Source: Burkholderiales bacterium
GTDB taxonomy: Bacteria; Pseudomonadota; Gammaproteobacteria; Burkholderiales; JACQAP01
NCBI GenBank assembly: GCA_036000845.1
Contig: DASYUW010000013.1
Span: forward strand, 1-54,324
Direction of reading: 5' to 3'
DNA length: 54,324 nt
Position numbers and translations under genes: made by a program. A model generated the notes under the pieces. That model ran no database searches. It saw only the letters and a program-made list of their open reading frames with translations, and was not told the origin of the DNA. Position 1 is the first letter of the stretch. The number at the start of each line of letters is the position of its first letter. Shown in pieces: positions 45,638 through 53,275 of this stretch.

Positions 45638-46504
45638 CTATTTTTCGAGAATCCTGATGAGTAGGCTGACGCTGAACTCCCGGCGCCCCAGGTAGCGGAT
45701 TGCGGACCAGGTCCGCCAAAGCCAGTACATGCCCGGCAGTCGCGGCAGCCTGCGCCTGCGCAGCCCGTTGTCGAACATGACGCGATCCTCGTCGAGCACC
45801 AGAAACCGCCTGCGGGATTCGGCCTTGGCAATCCAGGAAAGTATCCTCGGGCGTGTGACGTACTTGATCGTATCGAGTCCCTTTGTGGGTCGACCCAGCA
45901 GGCGCAGGTACCGGCGCGCGAGCGTCCGCGGAAACATCGGCAGCCAAGGCAGCTGGTAGTGTGCTTCGAACGTGCTTCGATAGTCCGGGCACATGATGTG
46001 AATTGCGCCGCCTGGACGCGTCACCCGGACCATCTCCGCAATTGCGCTTGCCGGGTCACTAACATGCTCGAGTGTCTGGAAACTGGTGATGTAGTCGAAA
46101 GTATCGTCGGGAAAGGGAAGCCGTTCGGCAGAACCCTGATGGAATCTGTTGGCCCAGACAGCGGGGTAACCCAAAAGATCGATCTTGCGCGAGACGAAGT
46201 CCAGTCGCCATGTATCCACCTCGACACCGTCGCAGTCGAAGCCCTTCCGCAGTGCAAGCAGGACGAATTGTCCGCAGCCCGCCGCCAGATCGAGAACGCG
46301 GTGTCTGCCCGGAATAACTCCGTGGCGTTTGAGCAGCCCCAAACGCCAACGCTGATGCTTCTCGTCCCAGAAATAGTCTTCGGCCGCTTGCACCCAATCC
46401 TTCCGGACCGCACCGAAATGCTCGGATCGTCCTTGCGCAAGATACGCAACCAGTTCCGCCTTGAGGCCGGACAATGCGGCAGCTTCCAACCCGTGCTCAG
46501 CCAT
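45638..46504 (-). CDS. Class I SAM-dependent methyltransferase
   Basis: VLDLAAGCGQF, FDYITSFQTLEHV and TRPGGAIHIMCPD. Confidence 0.75.
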   Translation of the reverse strand: MAEHGLEAAALSGLKAELVAYLAQGRSEHFGAVRKDWVQAAEDYFWDEKHQRWRLGLLKRHGVIPGRHRVLDLAAGCGQFVLLALRKGFDCDGVEVDTWRLDFVSRKIDLLGYPAVWANRFHQGSAERLPFPDDTFDYITSFQTLEHVSDPASAIAEMVRVTRPGGAIHIMCPDYRSTFEAHYQLPWLPMFPRTLARRYLRLLGRPTKGLDTIKYVTRPRILSWIAKAESRRRFLVLDEDRVMFDNGLRRRRLPRLPGMYWLWRTWSAIRYLGRREFSVSLLIRILEK

Positions 46505-47222
46505 GAATCGCGCCGGCGGCGCCGACCGGCTTCCTCGCCACCACGAGATACATCCAGGTAAACTTGTCGTTCATTGGGTTGATCCGGCGGTCGATGCGAT
46601 CGAGCAAGGGAAAGACGATATTGTTAATCGCTGTCAGTGTCCGGGCGACATAGCGCAATCGGCCCCGGGCAAGCGTGTTGAGGTAATAGCTCCACTCGCT
46701 ACCGAAGGTGAGCCAGAAACCGGACGCAGGATCGAGCCTCGTCACTTCATAGCCCACGCTCTCGAACAGGTAACGCAATCCGTGCGCGGTATAGCGAAAG
46801 AAATCCCTTGGCTCCTCGTGCAAGTGCCAGAACAGCGGGACCGTATAGATCGCGTGTCCTCCGCGCTTGAGCACCCGAAACGATTCGGCGAGCGCCGCCT
46901 TCGGCTCCTCCAGATGTTCGAGTACCGCGGTACAGACGATTCCGTCAAACGAATCGTCCGGCTGGGGAATCCGATACGCTGTGCCGACCAGATCCACCCT
47001 GGACTTGTCATGCAACGATCCTTCGTGGTCGAGTCCGACGTACTCGATAACGCGCTCGTTCACCAACAGGCGCTTCGCCTTTTCGCCGCAACCGATGTCG
47101 AGCACGCGTCCGTGGAGAAACTTGTCCATCGCCAGAATCAGAAGTGCCGCGCCTCGCCTGATCACCATCCGCGCCGGATTAGTGATTCCATAGGGTCTGA
47201 GATAGGCCTGCAGGTCCCGCAC
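46497..47222 (-). CDS. Class I SAM-dependent methyltransferase
   Basis: VLDIGCGEK, FDGIVCTAVLEHL and LKRGGHAIYTVP. Confidence 0.75.
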   Translation of the reverse strand: MRDLQAYLRPYGITNPARMVIRRGAALLILAMDKFLHGRVLDIGCGEKAKRLLVNERVIEYVGLDHEGSLHDKSRVDLVGTAYRIPQPDDSFDGIVCTAVLEHLEEPKAALAESFRVLKRGGHAIYTVPLFWHLHEEPRDFFRYTAHGLRYLFESVGYEVTRLDPASGFWLTFGSEWSYYLNTLARGRLRYVARTLTAINNIVFPLLDRIDRRINPMNDKFTWMYLVVARKPVGAAGAIHG

Positions 47223-47224
47223 GG

Positions 47225-47941
47225 TCAGGATTCACTGTCCGGTTTTGAGGTCGCCGCCGGCGAATAACGGCGCCGGAATACGGTCGCGGCCGGATCGCCT
47301 TTGGCGATCACATCGTCGTTGATGAATCCGCCCAGGCGAACCACGCTGTTCGGCGCCACCCAGGCGTCCCTGCCTATTGTCGCCCCGGGCAGCACCAGCA
47401 CGTTCGACGCGACCCCTGATCCGTCCTTCATCTCGACGTACCCCCTCAGCACGCACTGCTCTTCGAGGGCGGCGCCTTGGGAGTACTTGTAGATCCGGCC
47501 GGGGTCCCTGCCCTGGTGATGAAAGGTCTCCGAAAGCAGGACTGAGTAGGGCCCGATACCGCACTTCTCGCCGATTGCGATGCCACCGTAACCGAGGATG
47601 ACCGCACCGAAGGCGATCCGCGCCCGGTCGCGAATCAGCACCACACCCCGCTCCCTGTCCGCATAACTGCCGAGTTCCACAACTTCACGTTTCTCTTCAG
47701 ACGGAATGCCCGCGCGCAGCACGACGTTTTCGCGAATCATGACATCATCGCCGATCTCCATGAACTTCTCGCCGTCAAGGTGGACGCCAGGCATGACCGT
47801 GAGATTCTTCCCGCAACGCCGCAGTCTCCGGCCGTAGTACCAGCGACGCAGCAATATGCCTGCTTCGCCCGGAAGATAAATCACCGCCCCCAGCAACAGG
47901 CTTCTGGGCAAGGTGAGCAGGAAGCGCAACAGATCGGGCAT
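47225..47941 (-). CDS. Hexapeptide-repeat (LbH) acyltransferase with hydrophobic N-terminus
   Basis: The start is taken at ATG 47941 (MPDLLRFLLTLPRSLLLGAVIYLP). It has repeated [LIV]G-x4 units (IGDDVMIRENVVL, IAFGAVILGYGGIAIGEKCGIGP, VLPGATIGRDAWVAPNSVV). Confidence 0.7.
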   Translation of the reverse strand: MPDLLRFLLTLPRSLLLGAVIYLPGEAGILLRRWYYGRRLRRCGKNLTVMPGVHLDGEKFMEIGDDVMIRENVVLRAGIPSEEKREVVELGSYADRERGVVLIRDRARIAFGAVILGYGGIAIGEKCGIGPYSVLLSETFHHQGRDPGRIYKYSQGAALEEQCVLRGYVEMKDGSGVASNVLVLPGATIGRDAWVAPNSVVRLGGFINDDVIAKGDPAATVFRRRYSPAATSKPDSES

Positions 47942-47949
47942 CTCGGCGT

Positions 47950-48183
47950 TTATTTTTTCCCGTCGAGATAACCCACGATCAGGCGCACGGTGTTGAGCCG
48001 GTCGATCTCGCCGTCCGGGACGCGGACGCCAAGCTTCTCGTAGATGGCCAGAAAAATCCCCGCCACGTCGAGGGAATCCACACCGAGATCCTTGAGGGGA
48101 GTGTCGTAGTCGCTCTCGCCGACACGCACCTGGCTGCAAACGTCCTCGACTATCGCCACCACTTCGCTTGCCGTCTCACTCAA
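47950..48183 (-). CDS. Acyl carrier protein (dedicated)
   Basis: The start is taken at TTG 48183, which has gaaggaga 7 nt upstream. The 77-aa product has LGVDSLD, the phosphopantetheine-attachment DSL motif. Confidence 0.75.
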   Translation of the reverse strand: MSETASEVVAIVEDVCSQVRVGESDYDTPLKDLGVDSLDVAGIFLAIYEKLGVRVPDGEIDRLNTVRLIVGYLDGKK

Positions 48184-48221
48184 TTCGGAATCTCCTTCAA
48201 ACAGTTTCTGCCGGGCCTGAC

Positions 48222-49154
48222 TCAGGCGCGCCGTTCGATCAGGCAACTCGCCCACGACAATCCGACGCCGAATCCTGACATCAGAACACGACCGATCTTC
48301 GGATCATCCAGGCAGGCCTCGAACAGCAGCGGGATCGAGGACGACACCGTGTTGCCCTGCTCTGCGAGATTCGACGGCACTTTCGCAGGCGGAAGCCCCA
48401 GGCGCTTGATCAGCGTGTCGACAATATAACGGCTGCCTTGATGAAACAGAAACAAGTCCACTGCATCGGGACCGATTCCCGCAGCCTCGAGCAATTCTTT
48501 CACCTGCCCGGGCACCGCGGTGGCGGAAAAATTGAAAACGGCGCGTCCGTTCATCTCGAGCCTGCCACTGTCGTTGTTGAGCGCCCTGCCTTCCTGCCCT
48601 CGTGTACCGAACAGAAATCGCGTCGGCACCCACAGTGAGTCTGCGTCCGCTTCCAGAAGGGTTACGGTAGCCGCATCGCCGAACAACAGCACGGTGTTCT
48701 TGTCGCCGGGGTCGAGGATCTTCGAGTAGGGATCGGCGGTGAATAGCAGGCCCCGCTTCAAACCGTTCGCCTCCATGAAACTCTTCGCAAGGGACAGTGA
48801 ATAGACGTACCCCGAACACCCCAGCGACACATCGAAAGCCGCACAGCGTTCGCCCGCGCCGATGGCGCCATGGACGACGGCCGAAGTATGGGGAATGCCG
48901 TGTCCGTCCGGATTCTGGGTGCAGACAATCAGGCAATCGATGTCGCCGGGCGCAACCGCGGTTTTCCCCTGCAGCGCTGCGAAAGCCTTTGCACAAAGCG
49001 AGGACGTATCCTCGTCCGCGGCTTTTCTGGAGACTCTCTCGACGCCGAGTTTCCCGACGATGAAATCGTCGGTCAGGCCGAACTCGTCGCGACGGTCGTA
49101 GTTCGAAAGACGATCCCGTGGGACGTAGCTTGCTATCGCACGGATGCCGATCAT
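48222..49154 (-). CDS. 3-oxoacyl-ACP synthase III (FabH-like KAS III)
   Basis: CSGYVYSL (active-site Cys), FHQGSRYI (His) and QGNTVSSSIPL (Asn). 310 aa. Confidence 0.8.
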   Translation of the reverse strand: MIGIRAIASYVPRDRLSNYDRRDEFGLTDDFIVGKLGVERVSRKAADEDTSSLCAKAFAALQGKTAVAPGDIDCLIVCTQNPDGHGIPHTSAVVHGAIGAGERCAAFDVSLGCSGYVYSLSLAKSFMEANGLKRGLLFTADPYSKILDPGDKNTVLLFGDAATVTLLEADADSLWVPTRFLFGTRGQEGRALNNDSGRLEMNGRAVFNFSATAVPGQVKELLEAAGIGPDAVDLFLFHQGSRYIVDTLIKRLGLPPAKVPSNLAEQGNTVSSSIPLLFEACLDDPKIGRVLMSGFGVGLSWASCLIERRA

Positions 49155-49798
49155 GCACGCGCCAGGGAGAAAAAGATGTGGCCGATCGCTTCGCCGTGCA
49201 CCTTGATTTCCGATTTCGTCAGCCGGTTGTAAAGATTTTCCTTCAGCGTGATCGTAATGGCGGCCGCATCCGCGCTATGAAATAAGCGACGCAAGTCGAG
49301 TTTGGTGAAGACCCAACGGCCATGGGGCACACGAAGCTTGTTGCTGTGCAAGTGCTTGGTCATCGACACAGCAACCTCGATTGGCAGACAACCCGCATCT
49401 CCGCTGGCTGAAATGGCGTTATGCTGGAACGCACAGTGCCGGGCAATCCTTTCTTCGTCATACGGGACTCGGCAAACGACTTGGCGATCTGTCTCGACCA
49501 GCCATCCGACCGCCGATTTTCCGTTGCCGGACACGGAGAAATCCACCACCGCCTTTTCGGGACGCGCTGAGGCGCGCGCCCCTTCCAGCCAGTATATGTC
49601 GGGCTCGAAACTGAAGAAGCGGTGAATGCTCATCTGCAAGCGGTCAACTGCGCCCCCCATGTTGGTGCTCGTCAAGCCCGCGAGTGCCTCGTAGATATCC
49701 GTGCCGTGCAGGTAATCACGACTTCCTTTGAAACAAAGATGAAGCGGCACAATCTCTGGATTCATGGTTTCTGCCGGACAGCACCGCGGCTCATGCAC
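49151..49798 (-). CDS. Hypothetical protein, unrecognised family
   Basis: 215 aa (or 204 aa from ATG 49765). It overlaps the aminotransferase stop by 8 nt and the KASIII start by 4 nt. I can name no motif. Confidence 0.5.
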   Translation of the reverse strand: MHEPRCCPAETMNPEIVPLHLCFKGSRDYLHGTDIYEALAGLTSTNMGGAVDRLQMSIHRFFSFEPDIYWLEGARASARPEKAVVDFSVSGNGKSAVGWLVETDRQVVCRVPYDEERIARHCAFQHNAISASGDAGCLPIEVAVSMTKHLHSNKLRVPHGRWVFTKLDLRRLFHSADAAAITITLKENLYNRLTKSEIKVHGEAIGHIFFSLARA

Positions 49799-51041
49799 CC
49801 GCGATCACCACCTGGACGGCAGCTACGACGTCTTCAACGTCCGCGTCACTCAGCTTCGCCGACAGCGGGATGCTGACTGTCTGCCTGCCGATGCGCATCG
49901 CGTTCGGAAAATCCTCCGGCCGCCAGCCGAAAGCCTGCTTATAGTAGGGATGTTCGGGAATGCTCAGATAGTGCACGCCTACTCCGATATTCTGCCCGGT
50001 CATTCCGTCGAGAAAGCGGTCGCGACTGGCCCCGGCCGCGCGCTCGTCGATCAACAGGGTATAGAGGTGATAGGCGTGCCGGGTATCGGGTTCGGGTGCG
50101 GCCGGCAGGGTGATCGGCAGACCGACGAACGCCTCATCGTAGCGCCGCCAGATTTCCCGTCGGCGCAGCCAGTTGCGCTCGACGCGCTCGAGCTGGTGGA
50201 TGCCGATGGCCGCCTGGATATCCATCATGTTGTACTTGAAACCCGCGTCCACGACCTGATAGTGCTTGTAGCCCTCGTCGCTGAAGCGTTTCCACGCATC
50301 CTTGCTCATCCCGTGCAACGCCAGAACCTTGATGCGCGCCAGGTCTTCTTCGCGCCGCGTGAGCACCATTCCACCCTCGCCGCTGACAATATTCTTCGTT
50401 ACGTAAAAGCTGAAGCACCCGAAGTCGCCGAAGGTTCCCGCCCTGCGGCCGCGATACTCGGTCTCGACCGCATGCGCGCAGTCTTCGATCAGCTTCAAGT
50501 GGTGCCGCTCAGCGAGCGCACACAAGGCATCCATGTCGCACGTCCTGCCGCCGAAATGCACGGGAACCAACGCCTTTGTCCGGCTGGTAAGCTTCCTCTC
50601 CACGTCAGCCGGATCGATGTTCATGGTTAGCGGGTCCACGTCGGCGAGGACCGGAGTGGCGCCCGCGTGGACGATGGCGTTGACGGTCGCGCAAAAAGTC
50701 AGCGCAGTGGTAATGACTTCGTCGCCGGGTTTCACACCCGAGGCAAGCAGCGCCAGGTGCAGTGCGGCGGTACAGGAGTTGACCGCCGCGGCATGGTCTG
50801 CGCCCTTGTAGGCGGCGAACTCGCGCTCGAACCGTGCCACACGGGGACCGGTGCCGAGCCAGCCGGAGCGCATGGTCGCTACGACTTCCTGGATCTCGGC
50901 GTCTTCGATGGCTGGCGCGCCGAAAACCAGAAACTGTTCACGAGTTCGCACGGGATATAGGCTGCCGTAGTGCGACAAAAGTCGCCGTTCTGTGAGATTG
51001 ATCATGCCCGAGGTCGGCGCATGGAGGGTCTGCTTCGGCAA
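49791..51041 (-). CDS. DegT/DnrJ/EryC1/StrS-family PLP sugar aminotransferase
   Basis: FGAPAIEDAEIQEVVATMRSGWLGTGPRV, AVNSCTAALHLAL and FSFYVTKNI (PLP Lys). The start may be ATG 51005. Confidence 0.85.
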   Translation of the reverse strand: MPKQTLHAPTSGMINLTERRLLSHYGSLYPVRTREQFLVFGAPAIEDAEIQEVVATMRSGWLGTGPRVARFEREFAAYKGADHAAAVNSCTAALHLALLASGVKPGDEVITTALTFCATVNAIVHAGATPVLADVDPLTMNIDPADVERKLTSRTKALVPVHFGGRTCDMDALCALAERHHLKLIEDCAHAVETEYRGRRAGTFGDFGCFSFYVTKNIVSGEGGMVLTRREEDLARIKVLALHGMSKDAWKRFSDEGYKHYQVVDAGFKYNMMDIQAAIGIHQLERVERNWLRRREIWRRYDEAFVGLPITLPAAPEPDTRHAYHLYTLLIDERAAGASRDRFLDGMTGQNIGVGVHYLSIPEHPYYKQAFGWRPEDFPNAMRIGRQTVSIPLSAKLSDADVEDVVAAVQVVIAGA

Positions 51042-51138
51042 GGCAAAGCCGCGCCACTTTCGGCCTCCACGCCACTGACATCACCTGCCGCACATTGGAC
51101 ACGAACTCAGAGTAGGCAGAAATCGTGCCCAATATGGT

Positions 51139-52170
51139 CTAGGCTCGGGAATACGCCTTGTTCAGTCTGGTTTCCCATCGGAATGCCGTTTCGCAAATCA
51201 CCTCCAGGTCGTCATGCTTCGGCTTCCAGCCCAGCACTTTCCTGATTCTCGATGATTCGGCTACCAGCTCGGGCGGATCACCCGGCCGGCGCGGTCCGTC
51301 CTGGACGGGAAACTCGACCCCCGCTGCCTTCTGCACCGCATGCAACACCTGGCGCACGCTCACGCCTCGACCGTAGCCGCAGTTGAACGTGTCCGACGCC
51401 CCGCTTCCGTCCAGGTAAGCGAGCGCATCGAGATGCGCGCGCGCCAGGTCTTCCACGTGGATGTAGTCGCGTATGCAGGTGCCATCCGGCGTTGGATAGT
51501 CGGTGCCGAAGACGGTAACCTTGTCGCGCACCCCGCATGCCGCTTCGCAGGCCACCTTGATCAGGTGTGTTGCGGCGGGCGTGGCCTGTCCGAGGGTGCC
51601 GTCGAGGCTGGCACCCGCCACATTGAAGTAGCGCAAGGCCGCATAGCGAAAACTCGCGTCCTTCACGGCGCCCCGCTGCTCCAAGCTGGCAACCACGTCC
51701 CGGAGCATCAATTCGGTTATGAGCTTGGTGGTGCCGTAGGGATTGATCGGCCGCAGCCGCGCCGACTCGGGAACCGGCTGCCGATTGGGAATTCCGTAAA
51801 CCGCAGCCGATGAGGAAAAGACGAATTTCTCCACCCGTTTGTGGAGGCAAACCTCGATCAGGTTTCGGGAAGCGGCGACGTTGTTCCGGTAGTACTTGAG
51901 AGGATCGCTCACCGACTCGGGAACGACGATGCTGCCGGCGAAGTGAACCACGGCGCCAATCGCATGCTGCTCGATCAGCACGCCGACCAGCGCCTGGTTG
52001 CCGGCGTCACCGGCCACCACAACCGCATCCGGCGGCACGGCCCAGCGCTGCCCGGTGGAAAAATCGTCCAGCACGACCACCCGCTGGCCCTCGGCGATCA
52101 GCCGCCGGACGGTGTGGGAACCGATGTAACCGGCCCCACCGGTCACCAGCACTGTGTCACCCACGGTCAC
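51139..52170 (-). CDS. galE: UDP-glucose 4-epimerase
   Basis: VLVTGGAGYIGSH, PYGTTKLITE (YxxxK) and RDYIHVEDLA are the canonical GalE pattern. Confidence 0.85.
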   Translation of the reverse strand: MTVGDTVLVTGGAGYIGSHTVRRLIAEGQRVVVLDDFSTGQRWAVPPDAVVVAGDAGNQALVGVLIEQHAIGAVVHFAGSIVVPESVSDPLKYYRNNVAASRNLIEVCLHKRVEKFVFSSSAAVYGIPNRQPVPESARLRPINPYGTTKLITELMLRDVVASLEQRGAVKDASFRYAALRYFNVAGASLDGTLGQATPAATHLIKVACEAACGVRDKVTVFGTDYPTPDGTCIRDYIHVEDLARAHLDALAYLDGSGASDTFNCGYGRGVSVRQVLHAVQKAAGVEFPVQDGPRRPGDPPELVAESSRIRKVLGWKPKHDDLEVICETAFRWETRLNKAYSRA

Positions 52171-53144
52171 GCTGTTGCCACCGCATACCGGCTCTTGAGA
52201 AAGTCGGCATAGGCGAGCTTCAGGCCGTCTTCGAGCCGCGTCCTGTATGTCCAGCCCAGACTTGCGAGCAGCGAAACGTCCATCAACTTGCGCGGCGTAC
52301 CGTCGGGTTTGGATGCGTCGAATACCAGCCTGCCTTCGAAGCCGACCACTTTGGCAATAACGTGTGCGAGCTCACGGATGCTGAGATCCTCACCTGAGCC
52401 GACGTTGACAAGCGGCGGACGGGAGCGGCTTTCGCACAGGTGCCCGTAGTTTTCCTCCGCCATGCAGAGGAGGTACAGACAGGCGTCCGCCGCATCTTCG
52501 GAGTACAGGAACTCGCGCTTCGGCGAACCCGTGCCCCAGACAATGACTTCGCCGCTTGCTTTGGCCCGGGCTTCGTGCATCTTGCGAATCAGCGCGGGGA
52601 TCACGTGCGATGTATTCAGATCGTAGTTGTCGCCCGGCCCGTACAGGTTGGTGGGCATGGCGGCGAGGTATCGGCAGCCGTATTCGCGGTTGTAGCTCCA
52701 GCACATTTCCACCCCAGCAATCTTAGCGATCGCGTACGCGCGATTGGTCGCCTCGAGCGGCCCGGTAAGCAGGTACTCTTCCTTGATCGGTTGCGGACAA
52801 TCGCGCGGATAAATGCACGACGAACCGAGGAACAGCAGGCGCTTGACGCCCGTGCGCCAGGCTTCGTGAATCACGTTGTCCTGGATCTCGAGATTTTCGC
52901 GGAGGAATTCCGCGGGAAACGTGTCGTTGGCGATAACGCCGCCGACCCTGGCCGCGGCCAGAACCACGTGATCGGGCCGCTCGCGCTCGAAAAACTCGCG
53001 CACCGCCACTTGTTCCTTGAGCTCGAGCTCGGCGTGGGTGCGGGTGAGGAGACTGCGATATCCCGCGGCCTGCAGACGCCGCATGATCGCCGAGCCAACA
53101 AGACCCCGATGGCCAGCGACGTAGATTTTGGAGTCCAAATGCAT
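52167..53144 (-). CDS. fcl: GDP-L-fucose synthase (GDP-4-keto-6-deoxymannose 3,5-epimerase/4-reductase)
   Basis: The start is taken at ATG 53144 (MHLDSKIYVAGHRGLVGSAI). It has LGSSCIYP and YAIAKIAG (YxxxK). Confidence 0.85.
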   Translation of the reverse strand: MHLDSKIYVAGHRGLVGSAIMRRLQAAGYRSLLTRTHAELELKEQVAVREFFERERPDHVVLAAARVGGVIANDTFPAEFLRENLEIQDNVIHEAWRTGVKRLLFLGSSCIYPRDCPQPIKEEYLLTGPLEATNRAYAIAKIAGVEMCWSYNREYGCRYLAAMPTNLYGPGDNYDLNTSHVIPALIRKMHEARAKASGEVIVWGTGSPKREFLYSEDAADACLYLLCMAEENYGHLCESRSRPPLVNVGSGEDLSIRELAHVIAKVVGFEGRLVFDASKPDGTPRKLMDVSLLASLGWTYRTRLEDGLKLAYADFLKSRYAVATA

Positions 53145-53145
53145 C

Positions 53146-53275
53146 GAGTGATTAAGTGATTGGGTAATGGTAAATGGGGAATGGGTAATGGGTGATTGAA
53201 TCATTCAATCACCCATTACCCCTCGCTCATCATTCATCACTCATCACTCCTCACTCATCGCCCAATCCCCACCTC
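53146..53275. repeat. Mirror array with a perfect 39-nt palindrome between gmd and fcl
   Basis: The left side has period-7/8 units (gtgatta agtgatt gggtaat ggtaaat ggggaat gggtaat gggtgat). The palindrome is gggtaatgggtgattgaat-c-attcaatcacccattaccc (53183-53221). The right side has units ctcatca ttcatca ctcatca ctcctca ctcatcg. Confidence 0.8.

Noticed and set aside
51042-51138. tRNA, rRNA or riboswitch candidates in the larger intergenic gaps (also 24878-25149, 27844-28296, 21849-22111)
   Set aside because: I saw no cloverleaf-compatible stems with a T-loop consensus (GTTCRANYC), no rRNA-like conserved blocks, and no recognisable riboswitch cores.
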